51,350 nucleotides of DNA, from contig CALZGZ010000225.1 of NCBI GenBank assembly GCA_945787105.1, positions 1 through 51,350 on the forward strand, written 5' to 3'. Shown piece after piece: positions 17,398-26,977 of this stretch; position 1 is the first letter of the stretch, and every line of letters starts with the position of its first letter. The position numbers were made by a program, and so were the translations under genes. The notes under the pieces were generated by a model. The model ran no database searches, had not been told where the DNA came from, and saw only the letters and a program-made list of their open reading frames with translations. The stretch comes from an uncultured Gammaproteobacteria bacterium. Lineage in GTDB: Bacteria; Pseudomonadota; Gammaproteobacteria; Arenicellales; JAANXG01.

Positions 17398-19505
17398 GCG
17401 GCCTGCTCAAGCATGATGCCCGGTGGCTAACACCGGCTCCACTGTGGCGCGGTATCGGTGATCTTGCCGACAACGATACGCGCAAGAAGTTTAATCGCCC
17501 CACAATCCTGCGTTTCAAGAATGACAGTTTCATGGATGAGCTGTTGGCGCTGTTGAGTTACTACCCGGAAAAACTGCGGGAGTGGGAGGCGGTTCCGGAA
17601 ACCTGGCGCGAGCCGATGCGTGAACCGTCTATCTTGCGGAAACTATCCGTTCCGGAACCGATATCGTTTTTCAATACCCGACAAAAGCGAGCCATAGAAA
17701 AACGCAACCCACTGCCGCTGAATACCGATAACGATGAGGAAGATGGTCTGCTCAAGCTCTACCAGCCTTCGCAGCAACGCTTTTATCTGGTGAGTGCTTC
17801 GCTGGTTTGCCGTACGGCGGGGCTGCCGGATCGAACGGTCAGCAGGGAAAAACAGGAACAGTCTGCCTTTGTTATTCGCCGCATCGTACCGGACGATGAT
17901 GTGGTGACTTTTCGTCAAAGCGGCAGGCTGGAGGTTTCGAAGGGGGCGATCCAGGGTGCCCGCGAATACGCCTATGTGTCTACCGAAACCGGGTATCAAT
18001 GGCGGGAAATCGGCAGCGATAATGTTTTGCAATCGAACCACCTGGTTGAAAACGAAGAGCGATTGCCGATGTTCACCGTTGGCTACGAACAGCTGGATGG
18101 TTACAAGCGAAAACTGATGTCGGGGTTGTTACCGGTCGGTAAACGCGAAGCCTATGTGTCCGCGGGATCCTATGTCGAGGCGACCGACGAGCAGGACCAG
18201 AGCGCCGTGTTGAGCGAAAAGCGAGCCGCGTTTGAGAGCCTGCTAAAGCAGCAAGTGGGGGCACCATGGAGTTCTCTGCTGACACAGGCCAACAATGCAA
18301 CAATAGCGTTCACACCCGATCCAGAATTGACGCCGTCCGGCATAGAGGATGATTTTGGCGGGGCTCCCTCTGGGGGTAACGACGACAGCGTACGCACCTC
18401 GCGCGAACAGGTACAGACGATGTCCTGGTACGTGATCCTCGACCTGGCGGATTTTCTCAATCGCTACCTCAATGAGGTGTGGGTAGCGATCAGGGATACC
18501 AACCCCGCGGCACTGGGGACGAATACCCCGCAGCGCGATGTCTACGATCTTCTGCTAACTGTGCACGTCGAGGAGTCCCTTTTGGGGGGGCTTGTAGGAT
18601 CGACGTACATAGAAGATAAGGCCACGTCCTTGATCGATGCGCTGCAGCGAGTCATCAACGATCCGCAACTAGGCGTCGGGTTGGAGGCCGTTGAATCGCA
18701 GTATGTCTCCAACATTGATCTTCTCGACCCTGTTGCTGTTGCCGCCGCCGTAGAATCAGGGTGGCCGGATTTTATCTTTCCATTGGCCGATATTACGAGT
18801 CCGGGAGCGGTACTGATCGATAGCGCAGGTGTTTTTATTGATCTCGATGCCAGCCAGACCGTCGGCCTGGAGCCATACGAAATCCAGCATCTGAAGGTCG
18901 ATCGCCTGTGCGACATGATTATTGACGCGATCGCGATAAATGAAGATCTGCGGGCTCCCGAAACCCCGGTGCGACCGCCCAACGATAAACTGGATCAACG
19001 CGATGCGTTTTTCGTGGTGCGCTGTGTTTACGAAACGCCGAACTGCGGCCCTTTCCGGGAACTGCTGTTGAGTGATCCGACAAGACCCTTCGAACTGGCC
19101 TCGTTTTTCGATCCGGATGCGCCGGGACGGCCAATTCGCATACCGATGCCGCTGGATATCACGCCGGCGGGCTTACGCAAATACAGTCGCAACGCGACCT
19201 TCATGATTTCCGATTCGCTATGCGGAAAGATCAAGGGCATTCGCAAGATCACGCTCGGCGATCTGGTGTTGTCGGTCCTGCCCTGGCCGTTCCACAAGGA
19301 CTTGCCCAATATCAGCAAGCAAGGGCCCTGTAAGGATGGCGACAATCCCATCGGCATGTTCTGTTCATTGTCGATTCCCATCGTCACGTTGTGCGCGATG
19401 ATTTTGCTCATCATCATGGTGGCTCTGTTCGATCTGTTTTTCCGCTGGTTGCCATTGTTGTTCGTGTGTCTGCCGATTCCCGGCTTGAAGGGGAAAAATA
19501 AATGA
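17391..19505 (+). CDS. Uncharacterised eCIS protein (704 aa) with a Cys-rich C-terminal hydrophobic segment
   Basis: Overlaps both neighbouring genes; ends FCSLSIPIVTLCAMILLIIMVALFDLFFRWLPLLFVCLPIPGLKGKNK. Confidence 0.8.
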   Translation: MVSGLLKHDARWLTPAPLWRGIGDLADNDTRKKFNRPTILRFKNDSFMDELLALLSYYPEKLREWEAVPETWREPMREPSILRKLSVPEPISFFNTRQKRAIEKRNPLPLNTDNDEEDGLLKLYQPSQQRFYLVSASLVCRTAGLPDRTVSREKQEQSAFVIRRIVPDDDVVTFRQSGRLEVSKGAIQGAREYAYVSTETGYQWREIGSDNVLQSNHLVENEERLPMFTVGYEQLDGYKRKLMSGLLPVGKREAYVSAGSYVEATDEQDQSAVLSEKRAAFESLLKQQVGAPWSSLLTQANNATIAFTPDPELTPSGIEDDFGGAPSGGNDDSVRTSREQVQTMSWYVILDLADFLNRYLNEVWVAIRDTNPAALGTNTPQRDVYDLLLTVHVEESLLGGLVGSTYIEDKATSLIDALQRVINDPQLGVGLEAVESQYVSNIDLLDPVAVAAAVESGWPDFIFPLADITSPGAVLIDSAGVFIDLDASQTVGLEPYEIQHLKVDRLCDMIIDAIAINEDLRAPETPVRPPNDKLDQRDAFFVVRCVYETPNCGPFRELLLSDPTRPFELASFFDPDAPGRPIRIPMPLDITPAGLRKYSRNATFMISDSLCGKIKGIRKITLGDLVLSVLPWPFHKDLPNISKQGPCKDGDNPIGMFCSLSIPIVTLCAMILLIIMVALFDLFFRWLPLLFVCLPIPGLKGKNK

Positions 19506-19897
19506 TTGATGCCGGTAATATATTTGGTCGCAGCATGGCATTTCCGCCACGCCTCGATACCGAACAGCGCGTCGCCTGGTCCAGCGCCTCGGACAACATC
19601 AGGGAATCCATTCAGATTATTTTGAGCACCGAACCCGGCGAGCGGTTAATGCTTCCGACCTTCGGCGCCGGGCTGAAACGATTTTTATTCGAACCAAACA
19701 CCGTATCCACCCACCGATTGATCGAGGAGAGTATCGCGCAGGCATTACAGCGTTGGGAACCGCGCATTCAATTGAGTGGCGTAAACATTGTGATCGACGA
19801 GGGAGACCCGACGGCATGCTGGGTATTCATTCGTTATTCACTGGTGGTCAATCAGCAGCAGGATCAGATGCAGTTGCGTGTGCAACTGGGCGAATGA
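19502..19897 (+). CDS. gp25/GPW baseplate protein (Afp9-like)
   Basis: IRESIQIILSTEPGERLMLPTFGAGL-FLFEPN and WEPRI motifs. Confidence 0.95.
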   Translation: MIDAGNIFGRSMAFPPRLDTEQRVAWSSASDNIRESIQIILSTEPGERLMLPTFGAGLKRFLFEPNTVSTHRLIEESIAQALQRWEPRIQLSGVNIVIDEGDPTACWVFIRYSLVVNQQQDQMQLRVQLGE

Positions 19898-19911
19898 CAG
19901 GAGAAGCGTAA

Positions 19912-22203
19912 ATGCCATTGGACGAACCGGTTTTTGATTCGCGCACTTATAAGGAAATCCTGAACGAGGCGCTGGCCCGCGTTCCGACTCACAATCCGGA
20001 GTGGACCAATTTTAATGACAGCGATCCGGGTATTACGCTGTTGCAACTGTTTGCATTTATGACGGAATCAATCATTTACCGGGCCAACAGGATTCCGGAT
20101 CGTAATCGCAGGAAGTTTCTCAAGTTGCTGAATATCGGGCTGCGAGGTGCTGATGCCGCGGAAGGGCTGGTAAGCTTTAGCAATCCCCAGGGACCGGCAA
20201 CGGCAGTAACTATCGATAGTAATATTGGGTTGTCCGCGGGCGACATTGCCTACCGCACCAATAACGGACTCGATGTTCTTCCAGTCGACTACCGGCTTTA
20301 TTACAAGGCACCGATTGCAGAAACCCGTAAGTCGGAAATCAGGGAAATTTACGATAACCTTTACGCCAGTTTCGGCTTACCCAACACCAGCCTGGATTTT
20401 TACGAAACTCGTCAGTTCGCCTTGCCGCAAAGTGGGGCGGCACTGCCTTTACTGGATATCGCGGGGGAAACAGTCGATGGTTCTCTGTGGATTGCAATTC
20501 TAAGGCGTGGACCCGATTCGGTCGAAGCCGCCAGGGAAGCCCTCAATGGAAAAATCCTGACCCTGGGTGTTGTACCCGCGCTGTCGGAGTCTGGTAGCGT
20601 GTTATATCCGCGCAGGGTCGCGTCGATCAATGACGGACCTTCGCTGATCTTCGAAATCCCCAACGCCGAAACCAATGTCGCCCGTTACCAGCGCCTGGAA
20701 CCGCGTAATGGTCATGATCTGCTGGCTGCGCCCGGAACTGTTGAATTGACGCTGCCGAGCTTTGCGCCGGGCGATACGGACGAGGGACGCAGCAAACTTG
20801 GATACTGGGATTCCCTTGAACCGCTGGAGACGGGGGCCGGTGATTTTCCTCCCTCGCTGGAGGACACCAACGACGAAGATCGCCTGGTGACCTGGATTCG
20901 CATGCGCTCACCGGAAGCAACGACCGTGACCGAGACTCAGGAGGAGCAGATCGCGAGTCCGGAAGGCAGCAGGCAGGTCCGTAGCCCGATCAGTTGGGTC
21001 GGTATCAATGTGGCCAAAGTGCAACAGCGCTCCGAAGTAAACAACGAACAACTGCCGCGCGGTAGCGGCGAACCCGATCAAACCGCCAGGCTCAGCAATA
21101 CGCCGGTATTGGTGAACAGTGTACAACTCCATGTTAACGGAGAACTGTGGGAACGCATTGACGATCTGGATACGGCCGGACCGGAAGTGGAAATTTCAGC
21201 GCCACGGTTTTCATCGCAAAGTGCCGGTAGCGGTTTAAAGGCGCCGGTAAAAGTCAAGGTATACAGTGTCGATCGTGAATCCGGTGAAATTCGCTTTGGC
21301 AATGGATTGCGCGGTATGCGCCCGCCGAAGGGCGCTAATATTCAGGCGAGTTACGCCTACGGTGGTGGCCGCAGAGGTAGCGTCGGTATTGGTGTAATAA
21401 ACAAACACAATGCAGCGCAAACCGCATTGAAGGTCAGTAACCCGGTGCCGACCTGGGGTGGCGTCGATGCCGAATCACTGGCGCAAGCCGAAGCACGTAT
21501 GCCGTCCGTGGTTCGGCATCGCAATCGACTGGTTACCCTGGCGGATTACCGTGAAATTGTAGAAAACGCTCCAGGTGTCAATCTCGGGCGAGTGGAAGTG
21601 CTGCCCATCGTTCATCCCCGGCAACCGTTGCAGGACTCTCACGGGGTCGTAACCCTGATGGTCATCCCGGCTCAAGACCCACTGCATCCCGATGCGCCAC
21701 AGCCAGACAATGTATTTCTGAAAACCTTGTGTTCTTACCTCGAGCCGCGCCGCGTGCTTACGACCGAGCTGCATATCATCGGTCCTCAATATAAAAACCT
21801 GTGGGTATCCCTGAGCGTGGAAGTTATCCCCGGCTTCGATACGGCTCCCGTGGTAGAGGCAGTGCGTAAAGCAGTGATGGAGTTTCTCTCTCCCTTGCGC
21901 GGCGGCTTCAATGCCAGGGGCTGGCCGCTGAACAAGGCGGTCGAGGCCGGCGAGATTTCAGCCTTTGCCTCGCGCGTCGAAGGCGTGGCCAAAATCAACG
22001 AAATCCACATCGGTGACAGCAGCGGCACGCTCGCCATCGGTTTTTCCGTGCTCGGCCTGGAACTGCCGCGCCTGGCCGGGCTGTCTGTGGTTACCGGCGT
22101 TGCCCCTCTGATCGAAGAAATCCAGGCCAGCGAGCCTGCCGATCCCGATGCATCCGACGGCGTACAGATCATACCGGTACCCGTGGTTCCCGAAGAGTGT
22201 TAG
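19912..22203 (+). CDS. Baseplate J/gp6-like wedge protein (Afp11-like)
   Basis: PEWTNFNDSDPGITLLQLFA, GEIRFGNG-RG-RPP, GGVDAES, RLVT-DY and LEPRRVLTTEL motifs. Confidence 0.93.
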   Translation: MPLDEPVFDSRTYKEILNEALARVPTHNPEWTNFNDSDPGITLLQLFAFMTESIIYRANRIPDRNRRKFLKLLNIGLRGADAAEGLVSFSNPQGPATAVTIDSNIGLSAGDIAYRTNNGLDVLPVDYRLYYKAPIAETRKSEIREIYDNLYASFGLPNTSLDFYETRQFALPQSGAALPLLDIAGETVDGSLWIAILRRGPDSVEAAREALNGKILTLGVVPALSESGSVLYPRRVASINDGPSLIFEIPNAETNVARYQRLEPRNGHDLLAAPGTVELTLPSFAPGDTDEGRSKLGYWDSLEPLETGAGDFPPSLEDTNDEDRLVTWIRMRSPEATTVTETQEEQIASPEGSRQVRSPISWVGINVAKVQQRSEVNNEQLPRGSGEPDQTARLSNTPVLVNSVQLHVNGELWERIDDLDTAGPEVEISAPRFSSQSAGSGLKAPVKVKVYSVDRESGEIRFGNGLRGMRPPKGANIQASYAYGGGRRGSVGIGVINKHNAAQTALKVSNPVPTWGGVDAESLAQAEARMPSVVRHRNRLVTLADYREIVENAPGVNLGRVEVLPIVHPRQPLQDSHGVVTLMVIPAQDPLHPDAPQPDNVFLKTLCSYLEPRRVLTTELHIIGPQYKNLWVSLSVEVIPGFDTAPVVEAVRKAVMEFLSPLRGGFNARGWPLNKAVEAGEISAFASRVEGVAKINEIHIGDSSGTLAIGFSVLGLELPRLAGLSVVTGVAPLIEEIQASEPADPDASDGVQIIPVPVVPEEC

Positions 22204-22206
22204 CAC

Positions 22207-25200
22207 ATGGATATCAACGGAACCCGCTATCACATACTTAACGGTCGCGACGACTGGGAGGCGCTGTTGCTCGAACAGCGTGTACGCGAGCTATTATGGG
22301 ATCGCGAACAAAATTACCTGAGCCTGCTGCCGGAAATTTTGCAGGTTCCCACTTCCGCCAGCAGTCAACGGTTAACCGAAACGGATTGCCGTGGCGCTGC
22401 GCAGGATCGATTCGGCAATTTCTTCTGGATCGCTGATAAAGGTGACGCTACGCCCGAGCACCCGTTACAGCCGGGTCAAAGTATTCGTATTCTGCCGGTT
22501 GCGGAACAGGAGAGCGGCGAGTACTGGTCGCTTGAACTGCTACAGCCAGGCGAAAAAGAGATATCCGACCATGAGCAGGATTTTATTGCAAAACCGGCTG
22601 CCAGGGAGCCCGTCATTGCGCAACTCAGCGGACTCACGATTACCCGGGAGCATTACCTGGTCGTCGGTACACTGAACCCCGGGGGGCTACTGGTTTTCGA
22701 TCTGCACGCGGGTGGGCCACCGTCGATTTTTATCTGGCCCGAAGCTGTGGATTTTCAACCTCTGGATATGGCGCCTGCCAAGGATGGCGGATTGTGGATT
22801 CTGGATCGCGATTCGGCCGCCGGTACTGGGCGCGCCTGGCGGCTTGACCGGCACATGCGCGTCATCAACATGGGTGCGCCGCTGAGCATTCCCGACGAAG
22901 AGGATGACCTTGTTTTTGCGCAATGCGAACCGGCGACCTCCGACGATGAAACGCCTGTACCTGTGCCAGTTAACCAGGTGCGCGCAGACTATGCGCTAAC
23001 CCTGATTGCGGAGCAGCCAAAAGCGCTCATCGGGCTTGAGGATGATTCATTGCTGGTGTTGGCCAAAGCGAGTGACGGCCCGCATTCATTGATAGAACGC
23101 TACGTCGATGCAAATCTGCAGGAAAGTTTCGCACTGGCTGGCGGAATCATCGAGGATATTTTTCCGGATGCTGTAATAACGGGCCATGATTTTGCCTTTG
23201 TCTCGCGTCAACCGGGTATTCAGGAACTGTTTCTGGGTGACCTGTCGGTGGTTTTGACCGGAGGCGATCAGGCGGTCAGTTTCGTGCTATCCGTCACGTC
23301 ACAGGGCATGCAATTGAAACCTCGGGCTGTCTTTATTCCCCTGCGCCGTTTCACCGGCAAGGCCCTGGTGAGCGGGGACAAAGGAATTTATTACGATCTC
23401 GACGAGCGCTGGTACCTGCTGACGGAGCAACCGCGGCGCCGGTTTGCAGACGCGGGCAGCCTGCAACTGCGCTTTGATGGCAAGCAAGCGGAGTGCCGCT
23501 GGCACCGTATCGTATTCGATGGCTGTATACCCGATGGCACGCGTGTGGAGGTTGCATCGCGCAGCGCCGACGATGAAGCCGAATTGCAATTCGAGCAGTG
23601 GTACGTGGAAGCAGATCCTTACCGGCGAGCCAACGGCAGCGAGTTTCCCTATTACGAGAATGGCGTATACAACACCGACGAGACACCGGGTGCAGGCAGC
23701 TGGGAGTGGCTATTCCACCATGCAAGCGGAAGGTTTGTCGAGTTACGCATCACATTTATCGGTAACAGGCGACTAAGCCCCAAATTGCGCAGTCTACGTG
23801 TTTATTACCCCAGGTTTTCCTATCGCGACCGATACCTGCCCGATCTATACGCCGAACAGGATGCGCAGGCGGGATTCCTCGAACGCTACCTTGCCAATGT
23901 GGAAGGCCTTTTTTCCTTTACTGAAACGCTGGTTGCCGATGCGCAGTTATTGTTCGATACGCGTACAACCCCCGATGAATACCTGGACTGGCTGGCGGGA
24001 TGGCTTGGCGGAATTATCGATCGTGATTGGGAGCCGATGCGCAAGAGACTATTTATCGACAACGCCGAATTGCTCTATCGCTGGCGAGGCACCCGTATCG
24101 GCATCCGCACCGCCTTGCGCCTGGCCATCGATGAGTGCCCGGGCGACAATATTTTCGAAGATCTTTTGCAGGAGCGATACAGCGAACCGGTTGGTGTTGG
24201 CGGTAGTAATGTGCGTATCGTGGAGCGCTTCACCCAGCGCCAGTTGCCTCGAGTCGCAACGGATACCGACAGCAACGATTCCTCTGTGCTGGCGACTACC
24301 AACATCTCGCAATCACTATCCGAACTCGGCGACAGCTATGGCCTCAGCCAGCGCTACCGCGAATTTCTTTATTGGAAATATCTGGCTGAAGCGGGAGATT
24401 CAGAATCGGCGCTGGAAATATTAAATACACGCTGGGTGCCTGCAATTCCCTACGTCTCATTTAACGATATAGCCTTCAGCCCCGAGCGCCCGCAGGCAAG
24501 CGCAGAATTGACGGACTGGACGCAGTTCGTACGGCGTGAACTGGCGCGCAGTACGCAATGGAGTCCTATGCAAGGCGGATTTGCCCTGCATGTCCGTTAC
24601 CAGGAGTGGTTACGTAAGCGTTACGCCGGCCTTGCCGGTAGTGGCGAAGCAATTGCTACACTGAATTTTGCCTGGCAGAACGACTACGAGGGTTTTGAGG
24701 CGATTCGATTTTCAGCCGTTCTGCCCGAGCAAGAAGCCAAAGCAGCGGACTGGCTTGCATTTACACAGGAAGGCATCGGTTTTACCTACAGCCCGGTCAA
24801 CGATGGCGAGACGGCCTACTATCGTGAATTCCTTGGGCGCCGTTATTCCCAGGTACGGCATCTGAACGAAGCACACGGTCTCGCCGGCGGCGAGCAATGG
24901 GCGGAGTTCGACGCTATTAACCTGCCGGCGGAAGATACGCTACCTGAAAATGTACGGGCCTTGTCGGACTGGATTACCTTCGTATCCCTGACCTTACCGA
25001 TGCGCAACAACGCGCACAAATTTACCGTGCTGGTACCAACCACACCGGGAGAGCTTCCTCAACAAAGGGAACAGCGCAAGTCCCGGGCCGAAAAAGTTAT
25101 CCGAATTGAAAAACCTGCACATACCGACTTTGACGTGAAGCTCTTCTGGGCCTTGTTCCAGGTAGGAACGGCGCGACTTGGCACGGACACGCTTGTTGGA

Positions 25201-25329
25201 GACGGGGCGCGTTTCGTCGGTGTGGTGCTAGGCGGTACTTACCTCGGGCAGGGCTATGTACAGAGCGCGCATCCCCGTGATGTGCAAGACAGACAATTAA
25301 TAGGCCGCGACCGACTGCAGGCAGGCTGA
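22207..25329 (+). CDS. Tail protein I-like baseplate wedge protein (Afp12-like), 1040 aa, with an N-terminal beta-rich region and internal repeats
   Basis: RYLPDLY, FLERYL, YLDWLAGWLG, LYRWRGT and EKPAHT motifs. Confidence 0.85.
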   Translation: MDINGTRYHILNGRDDWEALLLEQRVRELLWDREQNYLSLLPEILQVPTSASSQRLTETDCRGAAQDRFGNFFWIADKGDATPEHPLQPGQSIRILPVAEQESGEYWSLELLQPGEKEISDHEQDFIAKPAAREPVIAQLSGLTITREHYLVVGTLNPGGLLVFDLHAGGPPSIFIWPEAVDFQPLDMAPAKDGGLWILDRDSAAGTGRAWRLDRHMRVINMGAPLSIPDEEDDLVFAQCEPATSDDETPVPVPVNQVRADYALTLIAEQPKALIGLEDDSLLVLAKASDGPHSLIERYVDANLQESFALAGGIIEDIFPDAVITGHDFAFVSRQPGIQELFLGDLSVVLTGGDQAVSFVLSVTSQGMQLKPRAVFIPLRRFTGKALVSGDKGIYYDLDERWYLLTEQPRRRFADAGSLQLRFDGKQAECRWHRIVFDGCIPDGTRVEVASRSADDEAELQFEQWYVEADPYRRANGSEFPYYENGVYNTDETPGAGSWEWLFHHASGRFVELRITFIGNRRLSPKLRSLRVYYPRFSYRDRYLPDLYAEQDAQAGFLERYLANVEGLFSFTETLVADAQLLFDTRTTPDEYLDWLAGWLGGIIDRDWEPMRKRLFIDNAELLYRWRGTRIGIRTALRLAIDECPGDNIFEDLLQERYSEPVGVGGSNVRIVERFTQRQLPRVATDTDSNDSSVLATTNISQSLSELGDSYGLSQRYREFLYWKYLAEAGDSESALEILNTRWVPAIPYVSFNDIAFSPERPQASAELTDWTQFVRRELARSTQWSPMQGGFALHVRYQEWLRKRYAGLAGSGEAIATLNFAWQNDYEGFEAIRFSAVLPEQEAKAADWLAFTQEGIGFTYSPVNDGETAYYREFLGRRYSQVRHLNEAHGLAGGEQWAEFDAINLPAEDTLPENVRALSDWITFVSLTLPMRNNAHKFTVLVPTTPGELPQQREQRKSRAEKVIRIEKPAHTDFDVKLFWALFQVGTARLGTDTLVGDGARFVGVVLGGTYLGQGYVQSAHPRDVQDRQLIGRDRLQAG
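24355..24984 (+). repeat. Three degenerate copies of a 55-60 aa coding motif Y-E[FW]L-[KR]Y...LN-xW...F-xI...P...DW-xF
   Basis: Seen in translation: YREFLYWKY..LNTRW..DWTQFV; YQEWLRKRY..LNFAW..DWLAFT; YREFLGRRY..LNEAH..DWITFV. Confidence 0.75.
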
Positions 25330-25345
25330 ACTATCGGCTTAACGA

Positions 25346-26977
25346 ATGGAGACAGGCGACATGAGTGAATTTCAACCCATTTATCCGGAAACTATCAATC
25401 TGGACCCCTACAAGCGGGTCAAGTATTCCAACGGCCTGGTACTCGGCAAGGATGAGTTCGATCAGGAGCAGTTGTACCTGCTGGAAAAAAATCATTTGCA
25501 TCATCGCGGGCTGCACGGCTACGGCACCGTGTGCGGCCTGAATGTCAGCGTGATCCCGGACGGCACTAACTGGGAGATTCAGGTCAGCCCGGGTATCGCC
25601 GTCGACACCGGCGGTCGCGATGTGCGCGTGCCGCAAGCCCAGTGCGCCGATGTTGGCACCTGGCTGTTTCGCAACACCGATATCATCAACGACTACTTGG
25701 TAGAAAATTCGATACCCGCCTCAACCGTGCCGATCGAACTGCCGTTGCACCTGGTGTTGTGCTACGACAGTTGCGATACCGATTTTGTCCCCGTGCCGAG
25801 CGGACCCTGCCAAAGCCTGGATAAAAGCACGGTACCGTCACGCACCGCGGACGATTTTAAATTGCGCCTGTTGCTGGAACCGCCTGAGCAAACGGAACAC
25901 GATGCACTGGCATTCCTGATGAGTTTGCTGGACGCCATCGAAGTCTCCGACGCACCCGGTGGACTCACCGTGGAAGAGATCGAAGAGATCGTCAGGGCCT
26001 TTGAACCACCCGGCGATTCACTGCACATGAATGCGGCCGATGCAGCTGACATAATCGCTGCGGCGCTGAGGGTGTGGGTAACGGAAGTCAGGCCCGGTTT
26101 GTTGCCGGACGGCCGCAATTGCGTCAACGGACCACCCCTGAAAACTTGCATGCTGCTGGGGCGAGTCGATCTGAATATCGAGCTGGCGAGTGAAACGGAA
26201 CTGGGTTTCATGCTTTTCAGCCCATCCATTCCCGACCCCACGCTCGATCCCTCCGTGGATCAGAGTAACCGCCCCCTGTTAATCCAGACCCGCGCTTTAC
26301 AGGAGTTTGTCAGCTTGCGACTGGCCGCGTTGCAGGCCAGCGACACGGTGATGCCTTCCGCGGGGCTCGATCCGCTTACCCTGGTGCACATCGGTGACGC
26401 GGAAACCATCACCGGGCAAAAAACGTTTAGCCAGCCATTGCTGTTCGAGGACAGCGGGGTGATGGAAAAAACCATCAACCTGCCGGCGGTCTCTGCCCAT
26501 CACGGCACGGGCGCTGCCAAGGGACTGTTTGCCAGTTTATTGCCTTCGCTGCATTTCATGACATCCGGTAGTAATGCATTTGGCGGTGAAGCCCTGTTTG
26601 CCATTCCTATCCCCGATGACATCGATTATGACAGCCGGTTTCGGGTGCGTCTGCACTGGGGTTTTTCGGGCAACCCGCAACCCGCGGATATCGAGTTTAA
26701 CTGGCAGGTGGGGGGCGTCTTTTTTGAGCCGGGTGACAGTGCGGCGGGTGCCACGGTCGAGTCCGTTGACCACACATCGAGCGAGGAAGATGTGCGCCGT
26801 AACGACGTGCTCGTCACGGAGTTTTTCGAGCTGGATCCCGATGTCGAGTTACGTCCGGAACATACCTATGGCATGTTGACTATTCGCATCGAAGACCCGG
26901 GTGACGTCATTTCCCAGGTTTACCTGCTCAATGTCGAGATCCGCTACATGGCCAATCGACTGGGGAGGGACGTCTGA
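25346..26977 (+). CDS. Tail fibre-like protein 1 (Afp13-like baseplate-attachment N-terminus)
   Basis: RVKYSNGLVLG-DEF-QEQ-Y...HGYGTVCGL and V-PG-AVD-GR motifs; fibre shaft-like LVHIGDAETITGQKTF. The start may be 25361. Confidence 0.7.
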   Translation: METGDMSEFQPIYPETINLDPYKRVKYSNGLVLGKDEFDQEQLYLLEKNHLHHRGLHGYGTVCGLNVSVIPDGTNWEIQVSPGIAVDTGGRDVRVPQAQCADVGTWLFRNTDIINDYLVENSIPASTVPIELPLHLVLCYDSCDTDFVPVPSGPCQSLDKSTVPSRTADDFKLRLLLEPPEQTEHDALAFLMSLLDAIEVSDAPGGLTVEEIEEIVRAFEPPGDSLHMNAADAADIIAAALRVWVTEVRPGLLPDGRNCVNGPPLKTCMLLGRVDLNIELASETELGFMLFSPSIPDPTLDPSVDQSNRPLLIQTRALQEFVSLRLAALQASDTVMPSAGLDPLTLVHIGDAETITGQKTFSQPLLFEDSGVMEKTINLPAVSAHHGTGAAKGLFASLLPSLHFMTSGSNAFGGEALFAIPIPDDIDYDSRFRVRLHWGFSGNPQPADIEFNWQVGGVFFEPGDSAAGATVESVDHTSSEEDVRRNDVLVTEFFELDPDVELRPEHTYGMLTIRIEDPGDVISQVYLLNVEIRYMANRLGRDV

